The notes under the pieces: model-generated | Told to the model about the DNA's origin: nothing | Databases searched by the model: none | The model's input: the letters and a program-made list of their open reading frames with translations, nothing else | Shown here: positions 27,796 to 39,039 of the stretch, piece after piece | Layout of the letters: each line of letters opens with the position of its first letter | Position numbering within the stretch: position 1 is the stretch's first letter | NCBI GenBank assembly: GCA_051859245.1 | Contig: JBHYGA010000001.1 | Location: 1,501,722 to 1,565,721, forward strand | Length of the DNA stretch: 64,000 nt | Direction of reading: 5' to 3' | From: Gemmatimonadaceae bacterium | GTDB taxonomy: Bacteria > Gemmatimonadota > Gemmatimonadetes > Gemmatimonadales > Gemmatimonadaceae | Translations under genes and position numbers: made by a program

Positions 27796-28809
27796 GTGAC
27801 CCTGGACGAGTTTCTTAGCGCCTGTCGCCAACTGGCCGCCGACGCACCGGCCGCCATTGCGGTCGCACAGTCGCCCGCCGAGTTTGCCGAGGTGCGTACC
27901 CAGCTAGTTGGCCGCAAACACGGTCGACTCGCCGATCTCATGGCGCAGCTCACCACGCTCGACGCTGAGCATCGCCGAGATGCCGGTCGCGCCGTGAACG
28001 ATGTCAAAGCGGCCATTGAACAGCTGCTCGCGGAACGCGAGGCTGCCGTCGCGGCCGCGTCGCGTTCGGCTGATGCGCTCGATCTCACCATGCCCTCGCG
28101 GGCACGCTGGCAGGGCTCGCTGCATCCGGTCACGCTCGTGATTGACGAGATCTGCGAAATCTTTCGCGAACTCGGATTTACGATTGCGCTCGGACCAGAA
28201 GCGGAAACCGAGTTCTACAACTTTGGTGCGCTCAACTTCCCACCGGATCATCCGGCTATGGAGTTGCACGACACGTTGTATCTCGGCAAAGACACCTTAC
28301 TCCGCACGCACACATCGCCGGTGCAAGTCCGCACGCTGCAGCAGTACGCGCCGCCAGTGCGCGTACTCGCACCCGGCAATGTGTATCGCCGCGATTTCTT
28401 TGACGCGACACACGCGCCGAGCTTCATGCAACTCGAAGGGCTCGCCGTTGACGAAGGCATCAGCTTTGCTGACTTGAAAGCCACGCTGGGCGAGTTCGCC
28501 CGCCGCTTCTACGGCGGTGCGCGTCGTGTGCGTTTTGGCCCGTCGTATTTTCCGTTCGTCGAGCCCGGTGCGCAGATGGATGTTGAGGTTGATCTCGGCG
28601 ACGGCAAGGGCACGCGCTGGGTGGAGATTCTTGGTTGCGGTATGGTGCATCCCAACGTGCTCGAAGCAGCGGGCCTCGATAGCGAACGCTACACAGGCTG
28701 GGCATTTGGTATGGGCCCGGCGCGCATTGCGATGTCGCGTCACGACATTCCAGATATCCGCTTGTTATACGATTCAGACGTTCGTTTCCTGGAGCAGTTC
28801 GCCCGATGA
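27796..28809 (+). CDS. pheS: Phenylalanine--tRNA ligase alpha subunit
   Basis: HPAMELHDT, LLRTHTSPVQ, DATHAPSFMQLEG, YFPFVEP, GWAFGMG. Confidence 0.98.
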   Translation: MTLDEFLSACRQLAADAPAAIAVAQSPAEFAEVRTQLVGRKHGRLADLMAQLTTLDAEHRRDAGRAVNDVKAAIEQLLAEREAAVAAASRSADALDLTMPSRARWQGSLHPVTLVIDEICEIFRELGFTIALGPEAETEFYNFGALNFPPDHPAMELHDTLYLGKDTLLRTHTSPVQVRTLQQYAPPVRVLAPGNVYRRDFFDATHAPSFMQLEGLAVDEGISFADLKATLGEFARRFYGGARRVRFGPSYFPFVEPGAQMDVEVDLGDGKGTRWVEILGCGMVHPNVLEAAGLDSERYTGWAFGMGPARIAMSRHDIPDIRLLYDSDVRFLEQFAR

Positions 28810-31256
28810 TTGTTTCGCATGAATGGCTGCGGGAGTTTGTCCCGCACACGCGTACCGCGAGCGAGATCGGTGAGCAGCTGAGTCGACATGTCGTCACGCT
28901 CGACGGACTCGAATCACTACGCTCTGATCTCGCGTCGTTTGTCGTTGGTCTGGTCGTCGAGGCCGCCAAACATCCCGACTCGGATCACCTGTCGGTCACC
29001 AAGGTCGACGACGGCTCCGGCGAACTGCTCGATGTCGTGTGCGGTGCACCGAATGTGACGGCCGGACACAAGTATCCGTTTGCGCGTACGGGCACGGTGA
29101 TGCCTGACGGCCTCGTGATTGCGCGCCGCAAGATTCGTGGGGCAACCTCCAACGGCATGTTGTGCTCGGCGCGCGAACTGGGTCTCGGTCAGGAACACGA
29201 CGGCATTTACACGCTCGATACCGACGCGGCACCTGGCACACCGTTACTCAGTGTGCTGCCCGTTGGCGACGTACGTCTGGATCTTGATGTGTTGCCCAAT
29301 CGCCCTGACTTATTGTCGCACCTTGGTGTGGCGCGTGAAGTCAGCGCGCTCAACGGTGTCGCGCTGCGCATGCCGACCGAGATTCCCGCGCTGCCAGCGA
29401 GCGATGCGGTCGGTGCGTCGGTGTTCGGCGAGACCGAGGCGACGGCTGATGGCGTGAGCGTGCGGATTGAAGACACGGCATCGTGCCCGCGCTATATCGG
29501 TGTGGTGATTCGCGGTGTCACCGTGGGGCCGAGCCCTGAATGGCTGGTCGCGCGATTGAAAGCGGTTGGCGTGCGCAGCATCAACAATGTGGTCGACGCC
29601 ACCAATTACGTGTTGCACGGTTTTGGACAGCCCGTACATGCATTCGATCTGTCGATGCTCGCCGGGCAGCAGATTGTCGTGCGCGCGACGCGTGAGGGTG
29701 AATCGCTAGTCACGCTCGACGGCGTACAGCGCAAGTTGAGCGCGGGCACCACCGTCATCTGCGACGGCGAATTGCCCACCGCGCTTGCGGGCATCATGGG
29801 TGGTGAAGCTAGTCAGGTGAGTGAGAACACTCAGGATGTATTGCTCGAAGTGGCGTGGTTCAACGCCGCGTTTGTGCGTCGCGTGCGCCGAAGCGTGCAG
29901 CTGTCCACAGATGCCAGTTACCGATTCGAGCGCGGCGTTGACGCCGGCTTTACGGGCAAAGCCGCGGGATACGCGGCGTCGCTCATCGTTGCAGTCGCTG
30001 GCGGCACGATTGGCGGCGTGATTGATGTGGGGTCTGCACCGGCAGCACCCAAGCCAGTGCGCCTCCGCGGCTCGCGCGTGGCGCGCCTGCTTGGTGCGCC
30101 CATCGCGGCGGCTGACATCGAGCGCACGCTCGTGTCCATCGGCTGTTTGTTGACGGCCGACGGCGATGATGCGTGGAACGTGCAGCCACCTACGTGGCGA
30201 CACGATCTCGGTCTGGAAGCCGATTTGATTGAAGAGGTTGCGCGACTGATTGGATTTGATGCGCTTCCCGATGTTGTGCAGCCGTTCCGCCCGGGCACGG
30301 TGCCGGATCACGCGCTACATGTCATGTCGCGGCGCGTACGAGATGCCGCCGTTTCGGCGGGGCTCGCAGAAACGCGTCCGATGCCGTTTGTTGCCAAAGC
30401 CGCACACGAATCGTTGCGCGTTCGGAATCCGCTCGCGGAAGATGAGCCGTATTTGCGTGGCTCATTGTTGACCACACTTGCATCGCGCGCCGAGTACAAC
30501 TTGTCGCGCATGCAAGGCAACGTGCGTTTGTTCGAAATCGGCTCGGCGTTTGTTGCAACGGGCGATCGTTTGCCGCGTGAAGAAGTGCGCGTGGCGGCAC
30601 TTGTCATGGGCGCTGTGCGTCCACCGCATTTCACGGAGCCGCAGCCGCCGGCGTACGACGCATGGGATGCAAAGGCTCTTGCCGAAGAGCTGGTGCGTGC
30701 GGCGTTCCCGGGCGAACGCGTCTCTTTTGAGCCGTCAACGGACGCTGTGCTGTGGGAGATCCGACTCGCCGGCGCGCCGGATGTGCTGGGCTCGGTGCAG
30801 CGCCTATCGATCGATCGTCCTGTGTGGGCGAGCGAGGTGTTCGGCGTGGAAATCACGCTTGGCCACATGCGCTCAGCCGATGTGGCGCCGCACGGACAAC
30901 ATGCACACGGTACGGGCGCATCGCGGGCCGGATCGAGCTGGGCGAACATTCGCTACACGCCGCTGCCAACGTATCCCGCCGCCTCGGTCGACCTTGCACT
31001 GCTCGTGCCCGCAAACGTGGCTGCCGGTCAGGTAGACGCACTGTTGCGCGAGACAGGCGGCGAGCTGCTCGAATCGCTGGAGTTGTTTGACGAGTTCCGT
31101 GGCCCCGGGCTTCCAGAGGGTGTACGTTCCCTCGCCTGGCGCTTGACGTTCCGCCATCCGGAGCGCACGCTGCGAGATAAGGAAATTGATGGACGGCGAG
31201 CCCGCCTGCTTCAGACCCTCGAACGAGAACTTGGTGTCCGACCCCGTACGTCCTGA
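28806..31256 (+). CDS. pheT: Phenylalanine--tRNA ligase beta subunit
   Basis: VVCGAPN, SNGMLCSARELG, PNRPDLLS, TDASYRFERG, DLIEEVAR, FDX-ACB C-terminus. Confidence 0.97.
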   Translation: MIVSHEWLREFVPHTRTASEIGEQLSRHVVTLDGLESLRSDLASFVVGLVVEAAKHPDSDHLSVTKVDDGSGELLDVVCGAPNVTAGHKYPFARTGTVMPDGLVIARRKIRGATSNGMLCSARELGLGQEHDGIYTLDTDAAPGTPLLSVLPVGDVRLDLDVLPNRPDLLSHLGVAREVSALNGVALRMPTEIPALPASDAVGASVFGETEATADGVSVRIEDTASCPRYIGVVIRGVTVGPSPEWLVARLKAVGVRSINNVVDATNYVLHGFGQPVHAFDLSMLAGQQIVVRATREGESLVTLDGVQRKLSAGTTVICDGELPTALAGIMGGEASQVSENTQDVLLEVAWFNAAFVRRVRRSVQLSTDASYRFERGVDAGFTGKAAGYAASLIVAVAGGTIGGVIDVGSAPAAPKPVRLRGSRVARLLGAPIAAADIERTLVSIGCLLTADGDDAWNVQPPTWRHDLGLEADLIEEVARLIGFDALPDVVQPFRPGTVPDHALHVMSRRVRDAAVSAGLAETRPMPFVAKAAHESLRVRNPLAEDEPYLRGSLLTTLASRAEYNLSRMQGNVRLFEIGSAFVATGDRLPREEVRVAALVMGAVRPPHFTEPQPPAYDAWDAKALAEELVRAAFPGERVSFEPSTDAVLWEIRLAGAPDVLGSVQRLSIDRPVWASEVFGVEITLGHMRSADVAPHGQHAHGTGASRAGSSWANIRYTPLPTYPAASVDLALLVPANVAAGQVDALLRETGGELLESLELFDEFRGPGLPEGVRSLAWRLTFRHPERTLRDKEIDGRRARLLQTLERELGVRPRTS

Positions 31257-31695
31257 GAGCGCCGGTCGCGCGGCGTTTCTCGATCTTGAGAACGTTGTGC
31301 GCAACGTGACCGACCAACTGGCCGGCTTCCGGCGACGTGCGCTCGCCGCCGAGGCGCAACTGCGTGATCTCGAGCGTGCGACCGCGCGTGTGGCGGAGCT
31401 GGAACGGGTCGCTGAAGATTCGCGTCGGCGAACACAAGCGCTTGAACGGGCGCTTGCCGAGGCGGAGCAGGCGACTGCGCGAGCCGTCGCGGAGGCCGCG
31501 GCGGCCGTGGTGGCCGCCCCGGCTGCTGGCGCTGCCATCACGGCGTCGGCCGTTGACGCACGAGATGAGTTGGCGTTGTCGGCCGAGAACGCTGAGCTTC
31601 GTGAGCGCTTGCAGGAAGCGGCCGAGCGCACCCGTCTGATCAGCGAGCGCGTGCGTTTTCTCCGTCAGCAGCTTGGCAACGGAGGCGACAAGTGA
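31234..31695 (+). CDS. Coiled-coil protein (ZapB-like by position)
   Basis: Heptad-rich sequence ending LSAENAELRERL; lies between pheT and zapA. Start uncertain (TTG 31231 or GTG 31234). Confidence 0.6.
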   Translation: MSDPVRPESAGRAAFLDLENVVRNVTDQLAGFRRRALAAEAQLRDLERATARVAELERVAEDSRRRTQALERALAEAEQATARAVAEAAAAVVAAPAAGAAITASAVDARDELALSAENAELRERLQEAAERTRLISERVRFLRQQLGNGGDK

Positions 31696-32003
31696 GCGAC
31701 CGACGCAATGTGGTTCGAGTCCGTATCGTTGGTGAGGAGTACACACTGCGCACCGAGGCCAGCGAGAGTCATACGCGGGCGGTTGCCGAGCATGTGGACC
31801 GCATCACGCGGGCTATCCTCGACAGCGGATCGGTGGTCGAGACGCACAAGGCCGCCATTCTGGCAGCGCTTCAGATTACGGATGAGCTGTTCAATGAGCG
31901 CATCGCCGCGGAATCGCTTGCCGAAGATCTGAAGGCGTTGGCGGGCGACCTTCGGCCACTGTTGCCGCCTGCCAAACGTGGCGACGAGGTCGGGCCGGGC
32001 TGA
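31692..32003 (+). CDS. zapA: Cell division protein ZapA
   Basis: VRVRIVGEEYTL, VAEHVD, AILAALQITDELF. Confidence 0.92.
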   Translation: MSDRRNVVRVRIVGEEYTLRTEASESHTRAVAEHVDRITRAILDSGSVVETHKAAILAALQITDELFNERIAAESLAEDLKALAGDLRPLLPPAKRGDEVGPG

Positions 32004-32151
32004 ATCCCGTTTGCGGGGCTTCTCAACGCCTGCGAACAGCTCCGGAACGCCTTCGAATTTCTACGGTGGTCGGCCGGTTGCGGCCACCGAAATTCGCCCG
32101 TACGTTCCGGTGTGCTTAATAGGTTGCGCGCCGCTCGGTGTGCAGCGCGAC
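32004..32151 (+). ncRNA. ssrS: 6S RNA
   Basis: Nested rod-like stems CCGGAACG/CGTTCCGG (32042-49/32103-10), CGAATTTC/GAAATTCG and CGGTGGTCG/CGGCCACCG; canonical zapA-6S-rny position. Ends approximate. Confidence 0.75.
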
Positions 32152-32195
32152 CTCGACTTCGAATCCGCGAGTGATCGTGGTGGAGTGATAGATCA

Positions 32196-33782
32196 ATGGA
32201 AGGACTTCCGATCACCGCGCTGGTAGGCGCGTTCGGCGCGATTGCGGCGGCCCTGGCGTTTGTATTCGGACGTCGTGCGGGAGCGGCGGCGGAGCGCGAA
32301 CAGCAAGTACGCTCCAAGACAACCGCCGAAGACACCGCGAACCGCTTGCTGGATGAGGCCAAGCGCGAAGCGGAGACCATCCGCAAAGGCGCGGTGGTGG
32401 CAGGAAAGGAGGAGCTGATTCAACTTCGGGAAGAGTTCGAAGTTGAAGTGCGCCGCCGACGTGGCGAAGTAGAGCGTGATGAACGCCGCATTCAGGATCG
32501 CGAGGATCAGCTCGAGCGACGTGTTGAAGGACTCGACGGTCGTGATCGTGAACTAAAGTCGCGTGTTGCGGTCCTCGACACACGCGACGCCGCGATTGCG
32601 GAGCGCGAGCAGGAAGCGAATCGGTTAGTGGGCGAACAGCAGCGCCGTCTTGAACAGCTCGCTGGTTTGTCGGCTGCTGACGCGAAAGCCGAAATCGTGC
32701 GTCGCCTGGAAGATCAGGCGATGGCCGATGCGGCCAGTCGACTACGTGAAATCCGTGATTCCGCCAAACGGAATGCGGATCGTGAAGCGCGAAAGATTGT
32801 CGCGCTCGCCGTACAGCGCGTGGCCGCCGAGACGACTGCCGAAACAACAGTGAGCGCTGTTGCGCTTCCGAACGACGAGATGAAAGGTCGCATCATTGGG
32901 CGCGAAGGGCGCAACATTCGTGCGTTCGAGCTCGCGACCGGTGTTGATGTCATTATTGACGACACGCCGGATACCGTGGTGGTCTCGTGCTTTGATCCCG
33001 TGCGCCGCGAAACGGCGCGGTTGGCGCTCGAGAAACTGGTGAGCGACGGGCGGATTCACCCGGGGCGCATTGAAGAGGTGGTCGCGAAAGCGCGACTTGA
33101 AGTGGACGCGGCGATTGTGGAAACCGGCGAACAGGCGGCGTACGAAGTGGGAGTGGCCGGATTGCATCCGGAGCTCGTTCGCCTGATCGGGCGTATGCGC
33201 TGGCGCACGAGTTACGGCCAGAACATTCTCGCGCACAGCAAGGAAGTGGCATGGCTGGCCGGCATGATGGCCGCCGAGCTTGGTCTCGATGTGGCCACGG
33301 CCAAACGCGGTGCGCTGCTGCATGATGTGGGCAAGGTGCTCACACACGAGCACGAAGGCACGCATGTGCAGCTCGGTGTGGAAGTCGCCACCAAGTACGG
33401 CGAAAATCCGATCGTGGTGAACTGCATTGCCGCGCATCACGATGATGTGCCACACGAAAGCGAAGTGTCGGTGCTGGTGCAGGCCGCGGACTCAATCAGC
33501 GGGTCGCGCCCGGGGGCGCGTCGCGAGGCCTTTGAGACGTACGTGAAACGTCTGGAAGGACTGGAAAAGATTGCGTCGAGTTACCGAGGAGTCGAACGCG
33601 TTTTCGCAATTCAGGCGGGGCGCGAAGTTCGCGTGGTCGTCACCCCCGATCAGGTGGACGACGTACGCGCTTCGGCACTGTCGGAAGAGATTGCGCGTCG
33701 CATTGAATCCGAGCTGCAGTATCCTGGGCAGATCAAAGTGGTTGTCATTCGAGAGACACGGTCGGTGGATTTTGCTCGCTGA
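32196..33782 (+). CDS. rny: Ribonuclease Y
   Basis: N-terminal TM helix, coiled coil, KH ([14 protein letters not shown]) and HD (LLHDVGK) domains. Confidence 0.98.
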   Translation: MEGLPITALVGAFGAIAAALAFVFGRRAGAAAEREQQVRSKTTAEDTANRLLDEAKREAETIRKGAVVAGKEELIQLREEFEVEVRRRRGEVERDERRIQDREDQLERRVEGLDGRDRELKSRVAVLDTRDAAIAEREQEANRLVGEQQRRLEQLAGLSAADAKAEIVRRLEDQAMADAASRLREIRDSAKRNADREARKIVALAVQRVAAETTAETTVSAVALPNDEMKGRIIGREGRNIRAFELATGVDVIIDDTPDTVVVSCFDPVRRETARLALEKLVSDGRIHPGRIEEVVAKARLEVDAAIVETGEQAAYEVGVAGLHPELVRLIGRMRWRTSYGQNILAHSKEVAWLAGMMAAELGLDVATAKRGALLHDVGKVLTHEHEGTHVQLGVEVATKYGENPIVVNCIAAHHDDVPHESEVSVLVQAADSISGSRPGARREAFETYVKRLEGLEKIASSYRGVERVFAIQAGREVRVVVTPDQVDDVRASALSEEIARRIESELQYPGQIKVVVIRETRSVDFAR

Positions 33783-34674
33783 ACGCATCGATGGCGTGGC
33801 GTTAGCTGCGCAAATTCGCGAAGAAGTCGCACGCGATGTTGCCGCGCTGAGCGCGCGCGGCGTTGTGCCGGGCCTGAGCGTCGTGCTTGTTGGCGACGAC
33901 GCGGCGAGCGCCGTATACGTGTCCAACAAGGAGAAGGCCTCCAAGGCGTGCGGCATGCGCGGTGAAACGATCCGTTTGCCGGCCAGCACGTCGCAGAGTG
34001 AACTGCTGGCGCTTGTTGAGCGATTGAATGCAGACAGCGCCGTGCACGGCATCCTGGTACAGATGCCGCTGCCTTCAGGCATCGATCCCGATGTGGTGAT
34101 TCGTCACATCGCGCCGCACAAGGATGTGGACGGCTTTCATCCGGTGAACGTGGGCAAGATGCTCATCGGGCACACCGACGGCTTCATGCCGTGCACGCCC
34201 GCCGGCGTGATCGAAATGTTGTTGCGTTCCGGCGTGGAAACGCGTGGCGCGGAAGCGGTCATCGTTGGTCGCAGCAACATTGTGGGTAAGCCGATGGCGG
34301 CCATGCTCGTGCAGGCGCGCGCGGGCGGTGACGCAACGGTCACGGTCTGTCACAGTCGATCCCGCGATCTGCACGCGCACACCAGACGCGCCGACATTCT
34401 GATTGTTGCGGCCGGACGTGCGGAGATGATTCGTGGCGAACACATCAAGCCTGGAGCGACGGTGATTGATGTGGGCATGAATCGTGTGGCCGATGCATCG
34501 CGCGCGAGTGGATCGCGATTGTGCGGCGACGTGCACTTTGAGAGTGCGGAGGCGGTCGCTGGCAAGATTACGCCGGTGCCCGGTGGTGTTGGTCCGATGA
34601 CCATTGCGATGCTGCTGCGCAACACTGTGCGCGCTGCCGAGCGTGTGGCCGACTCGCGCGCTGGCAACGCGTAG
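33772..34674 (+). CDS. folD: Methylene-THF dehydrogenase/cyclohydrolase
   Basis: [46 protein letters not shown] start at 33772. Confidence 0.96.
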   Translation: MLAERIDGVALAAQIREEVARDVAALSARGVVPGLSVVLVGDDAASAVYVSNKEKASKACGMRGETIRLPASTSQSELLALVERLNADSAVHGILVQMPLPSGIDPDVVIRHIAPHKDVDGFHPVNVGKMLIGHTDGFMPCTPAGVIEMLLRSGVETRGAEAVIVGRSNIVGKPMAAMLVQARAGGDATVTVCHSRSRDLHAHTRRADILIVAAGRAEMIRGEHIKPGATVIDVGMNRVADASRASGSRLCGDVHFESAEAVAGKITPVPGGVGPMTIAMLLRNTVRAAERVADSRAGNA

Positions 34675-35954
34675 TGCCTCGCTCTTCCGCTCGCGATGAA
34701 CTCGGCGGCGCGTTCGATGACGACGTGATGTTTGACACCTCGTCGAATGCGGCGTTCGTGGACATGACGCCGGGCGCGTCTCCCGAATCACCACTCGCGG
34801 TACATGATCTGACGTCCGCGGCAAAAGATCTTGTGGAGGGCGCGTTTCCGCCGCTCTGGGTGCGCGGAGAAGTGAGCGACTTCAAAGCCCACCGGAATGG
34901 GCACTGGTACTTCGCGTTGCGTGATGCGCAGGCGCAGGTGCGCTGCGTGGTGTGGTCGTCGCAAGCGAAGCGTTTGCCGGCGCCGCCCGATGATGGCATG
35001 CAGGTTGTTGCGCTCGGCCAAATGACCGTGTGGCCGGTACGTGGCGATCTGCAGTTTTCGGTGCGCACGCTGGAAGCCGACGGTGAAGGACTGTGGCGCA
35101 AAGCGCTTGAACAAACACGTCTTCGACTGGAAGCAGACGGTTTGCTCGATCCGTCACGCAAACGTGCGTTGCCGGCAGCACCGCGCACGATCGCGGTGAT
35201 CACGAGTGCTGATGGCGCGGCGCTGCATGACATCATCACCGTGGCGCGCCGTCGGTCACCGGCGGTGAACATTGTGGTGGTGCCCGCAAAAGTGCAGGGT
35301 GAAGGTGCGCCAGAATCACTCGTGGCTGCGCTCGACCGTGTGGCGCGTTGGGGCGCGTGTGATTTGGTGATCATCGGACGTGGTGGCGGATCACGCGAAG
35401 ATTTGTGGGCGTTCAACGACGAGCGTGTGGCCCGCGCGCTTGCGCAGTGTCCGGTGCCAACCATTTCAGCTGTCGGCCACGAAACCGACATCTCGATTTG
35501 CGATCTGGTGGCGGATCTTCGCGCGGCCACACCGAGTGCGGCGGCTGAGGCCGCGGTCCCGTCAATAATGGATCAGCGGGCCCGGTTGCGAGCCCTCGGA
35601 CGGCAGCTCGCGGCCACCGCACAACGTCGTCAGCAGCGCGTGACAGCCCGCCTTGAGGCCACCCAGCGGCGGATGGTCAACGCCGCCCAGCGGGTGACAG
35701 AGCGACGTCAGTCGCGGTTGTCCAACGGGGCTGCCAGACTTGAGTCCCTGAGCCCATTGGCCACGCTGGCCCGGGGATTTGCGGTAGCGCGTACGCCTGA
35801 GGGCGCTACTTTGTCGGAGGTAGGGGCGTTTGCGGCGGGAGCACGGTTTGAGTTGTGGGTGCGCGACGGCGTGGTTGACGCCGAGGCCATCGGCACTCGC
35901 CCGCGACCGGGCACGTCCGAGACTGGGTTGGCATCTGAGGGGGACCGCGCGTGA
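34674..35954 (+). CDS. xseA: Exodeoxyribonuclease VII large subunit
   Basis: WVRGEVS, GHWYFALRD, GRGGGSREDLWAFN, SAVGHETD, RAATPSAAAE. Confidence 0.96.
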   Translation: MPRSSARDELGGAFDDDVMFDTSSNAAFVDMTPGASPESPLAVHDLTSAAKDLVEGAFPPLWVRGEVSDFKAHRNGHWYFALRDAQAQVRCVVWSSQAKRLPAPPDDGMQVVALGQMTVWPVRGDLQFSVRTLEADGEGLWRKALEQTRLRLEADGLLDPSRKRALPAAPRTIAVITSADGAALHDIITVARRRSPAVNIVVVPAKVQGEGAPESLVAALDRVARWGACDLVIIGRGGGSREDLWAFNDERVARALAQCPVPTISAVGHETDISICDLVADLRAATPSAAAEAAVPSIMDQRARLRALGRQLAATAQRRQQRVTARLEATQRRMVNAAQRVTERRQSRLSNGAARLESLSPLATLARGFAVARTPEGATLSEVGAFAAGARFELWVRDGVVDAEAIGTRPRPGTSETGLASEGDRA

Positions 35955-36163
35955 GCTTCGAAGAAGACGTTGGACGGTTGGAGGCCATCGTGCGCGATCT
36001 TGAGCGTGACGATCTCGATCTCGATCGCGCGCTGCGTTTGTTCGAGGAAGGGATCGCGCGACTGCGCACCGCGTCGGCCGCGCTCGCTGAAGCGAACGGC
36101 CGTGTGCAGGAGTTGGTGATCGCCGCCGACGGGACTTTCGCGCTTGAGTCCAGTGACAACTGA
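35951..36163 (+). CDS. xseB: Exodeoxyribonuclease VII small subunit
   Basis: SFEE....LEAIVRDLE...LDLD.AL.LFEEG. Confidence 0.93.
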   Translation: MSFEEDVGRLEAIVRDLERDDLDLDRALRLFEEGIARLRTASAALAEANGRVQELVIAADGTFALESSDN

Positions 36164-37097
36164 CGCGCCCACGCGGCCGCCCGTGCGGCCCAGCATGCCC
36201 ACGCCAATGCCGTCCGCCAATCGGTTCGTTGGCGACCGGCTCGCCGTGCAGCGTTCGCTTGACGCGTTTTGCGCGCGTTGGCTCACGAGCGTTGCGCCGT
36301 TAACCGCCGAGGCCATTCGGTACGCGTTGCTCGGTGAAGGCAAACGTCTGCGCGCGATTCTGCTGCTCGAGGCGAGCCGAGCGTGTGGTGGTCCGAGCGA
36401 CGCGTATGATCTCGCGGCCGCTGTTGAGGTGGTGCACGCGTATTCGCTTGTGCACGATGATCTGCCGTGTATGGACGACGACGATGTGCGCCGCGGACGC
36501 CCAACGGTGCATCGCGCGTACGGTGTGTCGGTGGCGACGGCGGCGGGGTTGGCCATGGTGCCGCTGGCGGCCAAGTGCGCGTACCGTTCAGCACGCGATC
36601 TTGGGCTCAGCGAGAGTGAGTCGGGTGAGGTGGTGCGTACACTGATGGTGGCATCGGGTGGCGGCGGCATGATTGGCGGGCAGCTGCTGGATCTTGAAGC
36701 CGAAGGTGTGGCGCTGTCGCTTGACGCCATGGAGCGTGTGCACCGGTTGAAAACCGGGGCATTGATTGCCGCTTCGGTGACGCTCGGCGCGCAGGCCGCG
36801 CGCGCCAGTGAGCAGCGTCGCCATGCGCTGGCGCACTACGGCGCGGCGATCGGTCTCGCATTCCAGATTGCCGACGACGTGCTCGACGTCACGGCGACAA
36901 CAGACGAACTCGGCAAAACCGCTGGTCGCGACCTCGCCCTCGCCAAGAGCACCTACCCGGCGCTGTTGGGCGTGGAGGGAGCTATCGAGCGGGCTACCGC
37001 GTTGATAGATGAAGCGTGTTCGACACTCGCGGCGGAGGGGTTACTCACACCCACGCTCGAGCAGCTCGCCCGATATATCGTCGAGCGGCGCAACTGA
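36153..37097 (+). CDS. ispA: Polyprenyl (farnesyl) diphosphate synthase
   Basis: GKRLR, SLVHDDLPCMDDDDVRRG, GQLLD, KTG, FQIADDVLD; start uncertain. Confidence 0.92.
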   Translation: MTTDAPTRPPVRPSMPTPMPSANRFVGDRLAVQRSLDAFCARWLTSVAPLTAEAIRYALLGEGKRLRAILLLEASRACGGPSDAYDLAAAVEVVHAYSLVHDDLPCMDDDDVRRGRPTVHRAYGVSVATAAGLAMVPLAAKCAYRSARDLGLSESESGEVVRTLMVASGGGGMIGGQLLDLEAEGVALSLDAMERVHRLKTGALIAASVTLGAQAARASEQRRHALAHYGAAIGLAFQIADDVLDVTATTDELGKTAGRDLALAKSTYPALLGVEGAIERATALIDEACSTLAAEGLLTPTLEQLARYIVERRN

Positions 37098-37140
37098 CGG
37101 TCCTGTCCGGCCATCACGCGTCCCGACTACCCTTTTCCGA

Positions 37141-39039
37141 ATGACCATGGCTCTCCTCGATCGCATCAAGTCACCAGCGGATCTGCGCTCTCTTTCACGC
37201 GATGAGCTGCGCACTGTGGCGTCCGAAATGCGCGCCCGACTGATTGACGTCTGCTCGCACACCGGCGGACACATCGGCGCGGGTTTGGGTGTTGTTGAAC
37301 TCACCATTGCGCTGCATACGGTACTCGACACGCCCACCGATCAACTCGTCTGGGACGTCGGGCATCAGGGCTATCCGCATAAGCTGCTCACGGGCCGCAA
37401 CGATCGGCTGGAAACGCTGCGTCAGGAAAATGGCCTGAGCGGCTTTCTCAAGCGCAGCGAAAGCGAGTACGACACGTTCGGTGCCGGTCATGCGGCCACG
37501 GCGATCTCGGCGGCCGTTGGTATGGCCGCGGGTCGCGACATCAAGGGCGAAACGTTCAAAGTGGCCGCAATCCTCGGCGATGGTTCGTTGGGCTGCGGCT
37601 TGTCGTACGAAGGGTTGAACAACGCCGGGCACTCGGAGCGAGATCTGATCGTGGTGCTCAACGACAACGAAATGTCGATCGCACCGAATGTTGGTGCGAT
37701 GCACAAGTATTTGTTGTCCGTGCAGCGCAATCCGCTCTACAATCGCGTGCGTTCAAAGATCGGCGACATCGTGGATTCTGCGCCGGGACCGCTTGCCGGC
37801 CTGAGCACGCTGGTGCGCAAGTGGGAAGAGAGCATGAAGTCGTTCCTCACACCTGGCGTGCTGTTCGAAGAGCTTGGCTTCCGTTACTTCGGTCCGGTCG
37901 ATGGACACGACATGGACGCGCTCATCGAAACACTGAGCGCCGTGCGTGACTTCAAGGGTCCGCGTCTCGTGCACGTGATCACCCAGAAGGGCAAAGGATT
38001 TCCCGCCGGCGAAAATGGCGAGAAGTGGCACGCGTTGCCGCCCGGTCACGATCCGAGCACGGGCAAGCAGCGCGCCGTTGCCGTGGCCGGTAACCCGAAC
38101 TGGACGGCCGTGTTTGGCAAAGGCCTCGTTGAACTCGGTGAAGAGAAGCAGCGCATGGCCGTGATCACCGCTGCCATGCCGAGCGGAACCGGCACGGGTG
38201 CATTCGGCAAAACGTATCCGGCGCGTTTCTTCGACGTCGGAATTGCCGAGGGACACGCCGTCACGTTCGCGGCGGGACTCGCCACGCAGGATATCAAGCC
38301 GGTCGTCGCGATCTACTCCACGTTCTTGCAGCGTGGTTACGACAACATTGTGCACGATGTGGCGATTCAGCATTTGCCGGTCACCTTCTGCATGGATCGT
38401 GCGGGTCTGGTTGGTGAAGACGGCGAAACACATGCGGGCTTGTATGACATTGCGTACATGCTGGCGGTGCCTGGCATGACAGTCACCGCGCCGTCCACCG
38501 GCACGGAAATGCTGGGCCTGCTGCGTGCCGGTATTGAGCACAACGGTCCGTTCTGCTTGCGCTATCCGCGCGATACATCGCCTGATGTACCGGCTGCGAT
38601 GCGTGACATTGCAGCAGTGCCGTACGCCACGTGGGAAGTACCACGCAAAGGACGGGACTTCGCAATCCTCGCCGTGGGCACCATGGTGAATCAAGCGTTG
38701 GCGGCCGCCGAACAGCTGGCCGCAGACGGCCTTGATATCACGGTTGTGAATTGCCGCTACCTCAAGCCGTACGACGAAGTCACGCTGAACGCGATTCTCT
38801 CGGATCACACGCAGGTGCTGACGCTGGAAGAGGGCACCGTGATCAACGGGTTCGGTGCGTTCATGAGCGCCACGATTGGTCGCCTTGCACCAAACGTGCG
38901 TGTGTCGGTGCACGGTGTGCCGGATCGCATTGTGTACGCGGCGTCGCGTGCACGTCAGTTGGCGCAGTGCGGGCTCGACGTGCAGGGCATCATGGATCGC
39001 GTTCGCGCGCTGCACGAATCCGAAGCCGTCGCCGGCTGA
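37141..39039 (+). CDS. dxs: 1-deoxy-D-xylulose-5-phosphate synthase
   Basis: GGHIGAGLG, WDVGHQGYPHK, GDG...LNDNEMSI, DVGIAEGHAV, YSTFLQR. Confidence 0.97.
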   Translation: MTMALLDRIKSPADLRSLSRDELRTVASEMRARLIDVCSHTGGHIGAGLGVVELTIALHTVLDTPTDQLVWDVGHQGYPHKLLTGRNDRLETLRQENGLSGFLKRSESEYDTFGAGHAATAISAAVGMAAGRDIKGETFKVAAILGDGSLGCGLSYEGLNNAGHSERDLIVVLNDNEMSIAPNVGAMHKYLLSVQRNPLYNRVRSKIGDIVDSAPGPLAGLSTLVRKWEESMKSFLTPGVLFEELGFRYFGPVDGHDMDALIETLSAVRDFKGPRLVHVITQKGKGFPAGENGEKWHALPPGHDPSTGKQRAVAVAGNPNWTAVFGKGLVELGEEKQRMAVITAAMPSGTGTGAFGKTYPARFFDVGIAEGHAVTFAAGLATQDIKPVVAIYSTFLQRGYDNIVHDVAIQHLPVTFCMDRAGLVGEDGETHAGLYDIAYMLAVPGMTVTAPSTGTEMLGLLRAGIEHNGPFCLRYPRDTSPDVPAAMRDIAAVPYATWEVPRKGRDFAILAVGTMVNQALAAAEQLAADGLDITVVNCRYLKPYDEVTLNAILSDHTQVLTLEEGTVINGFGAFMSATIGRLAPNVRVSVHGVPDRIVYAASRARQLAQCGLDVQGIMDRVRALHESEAVAG

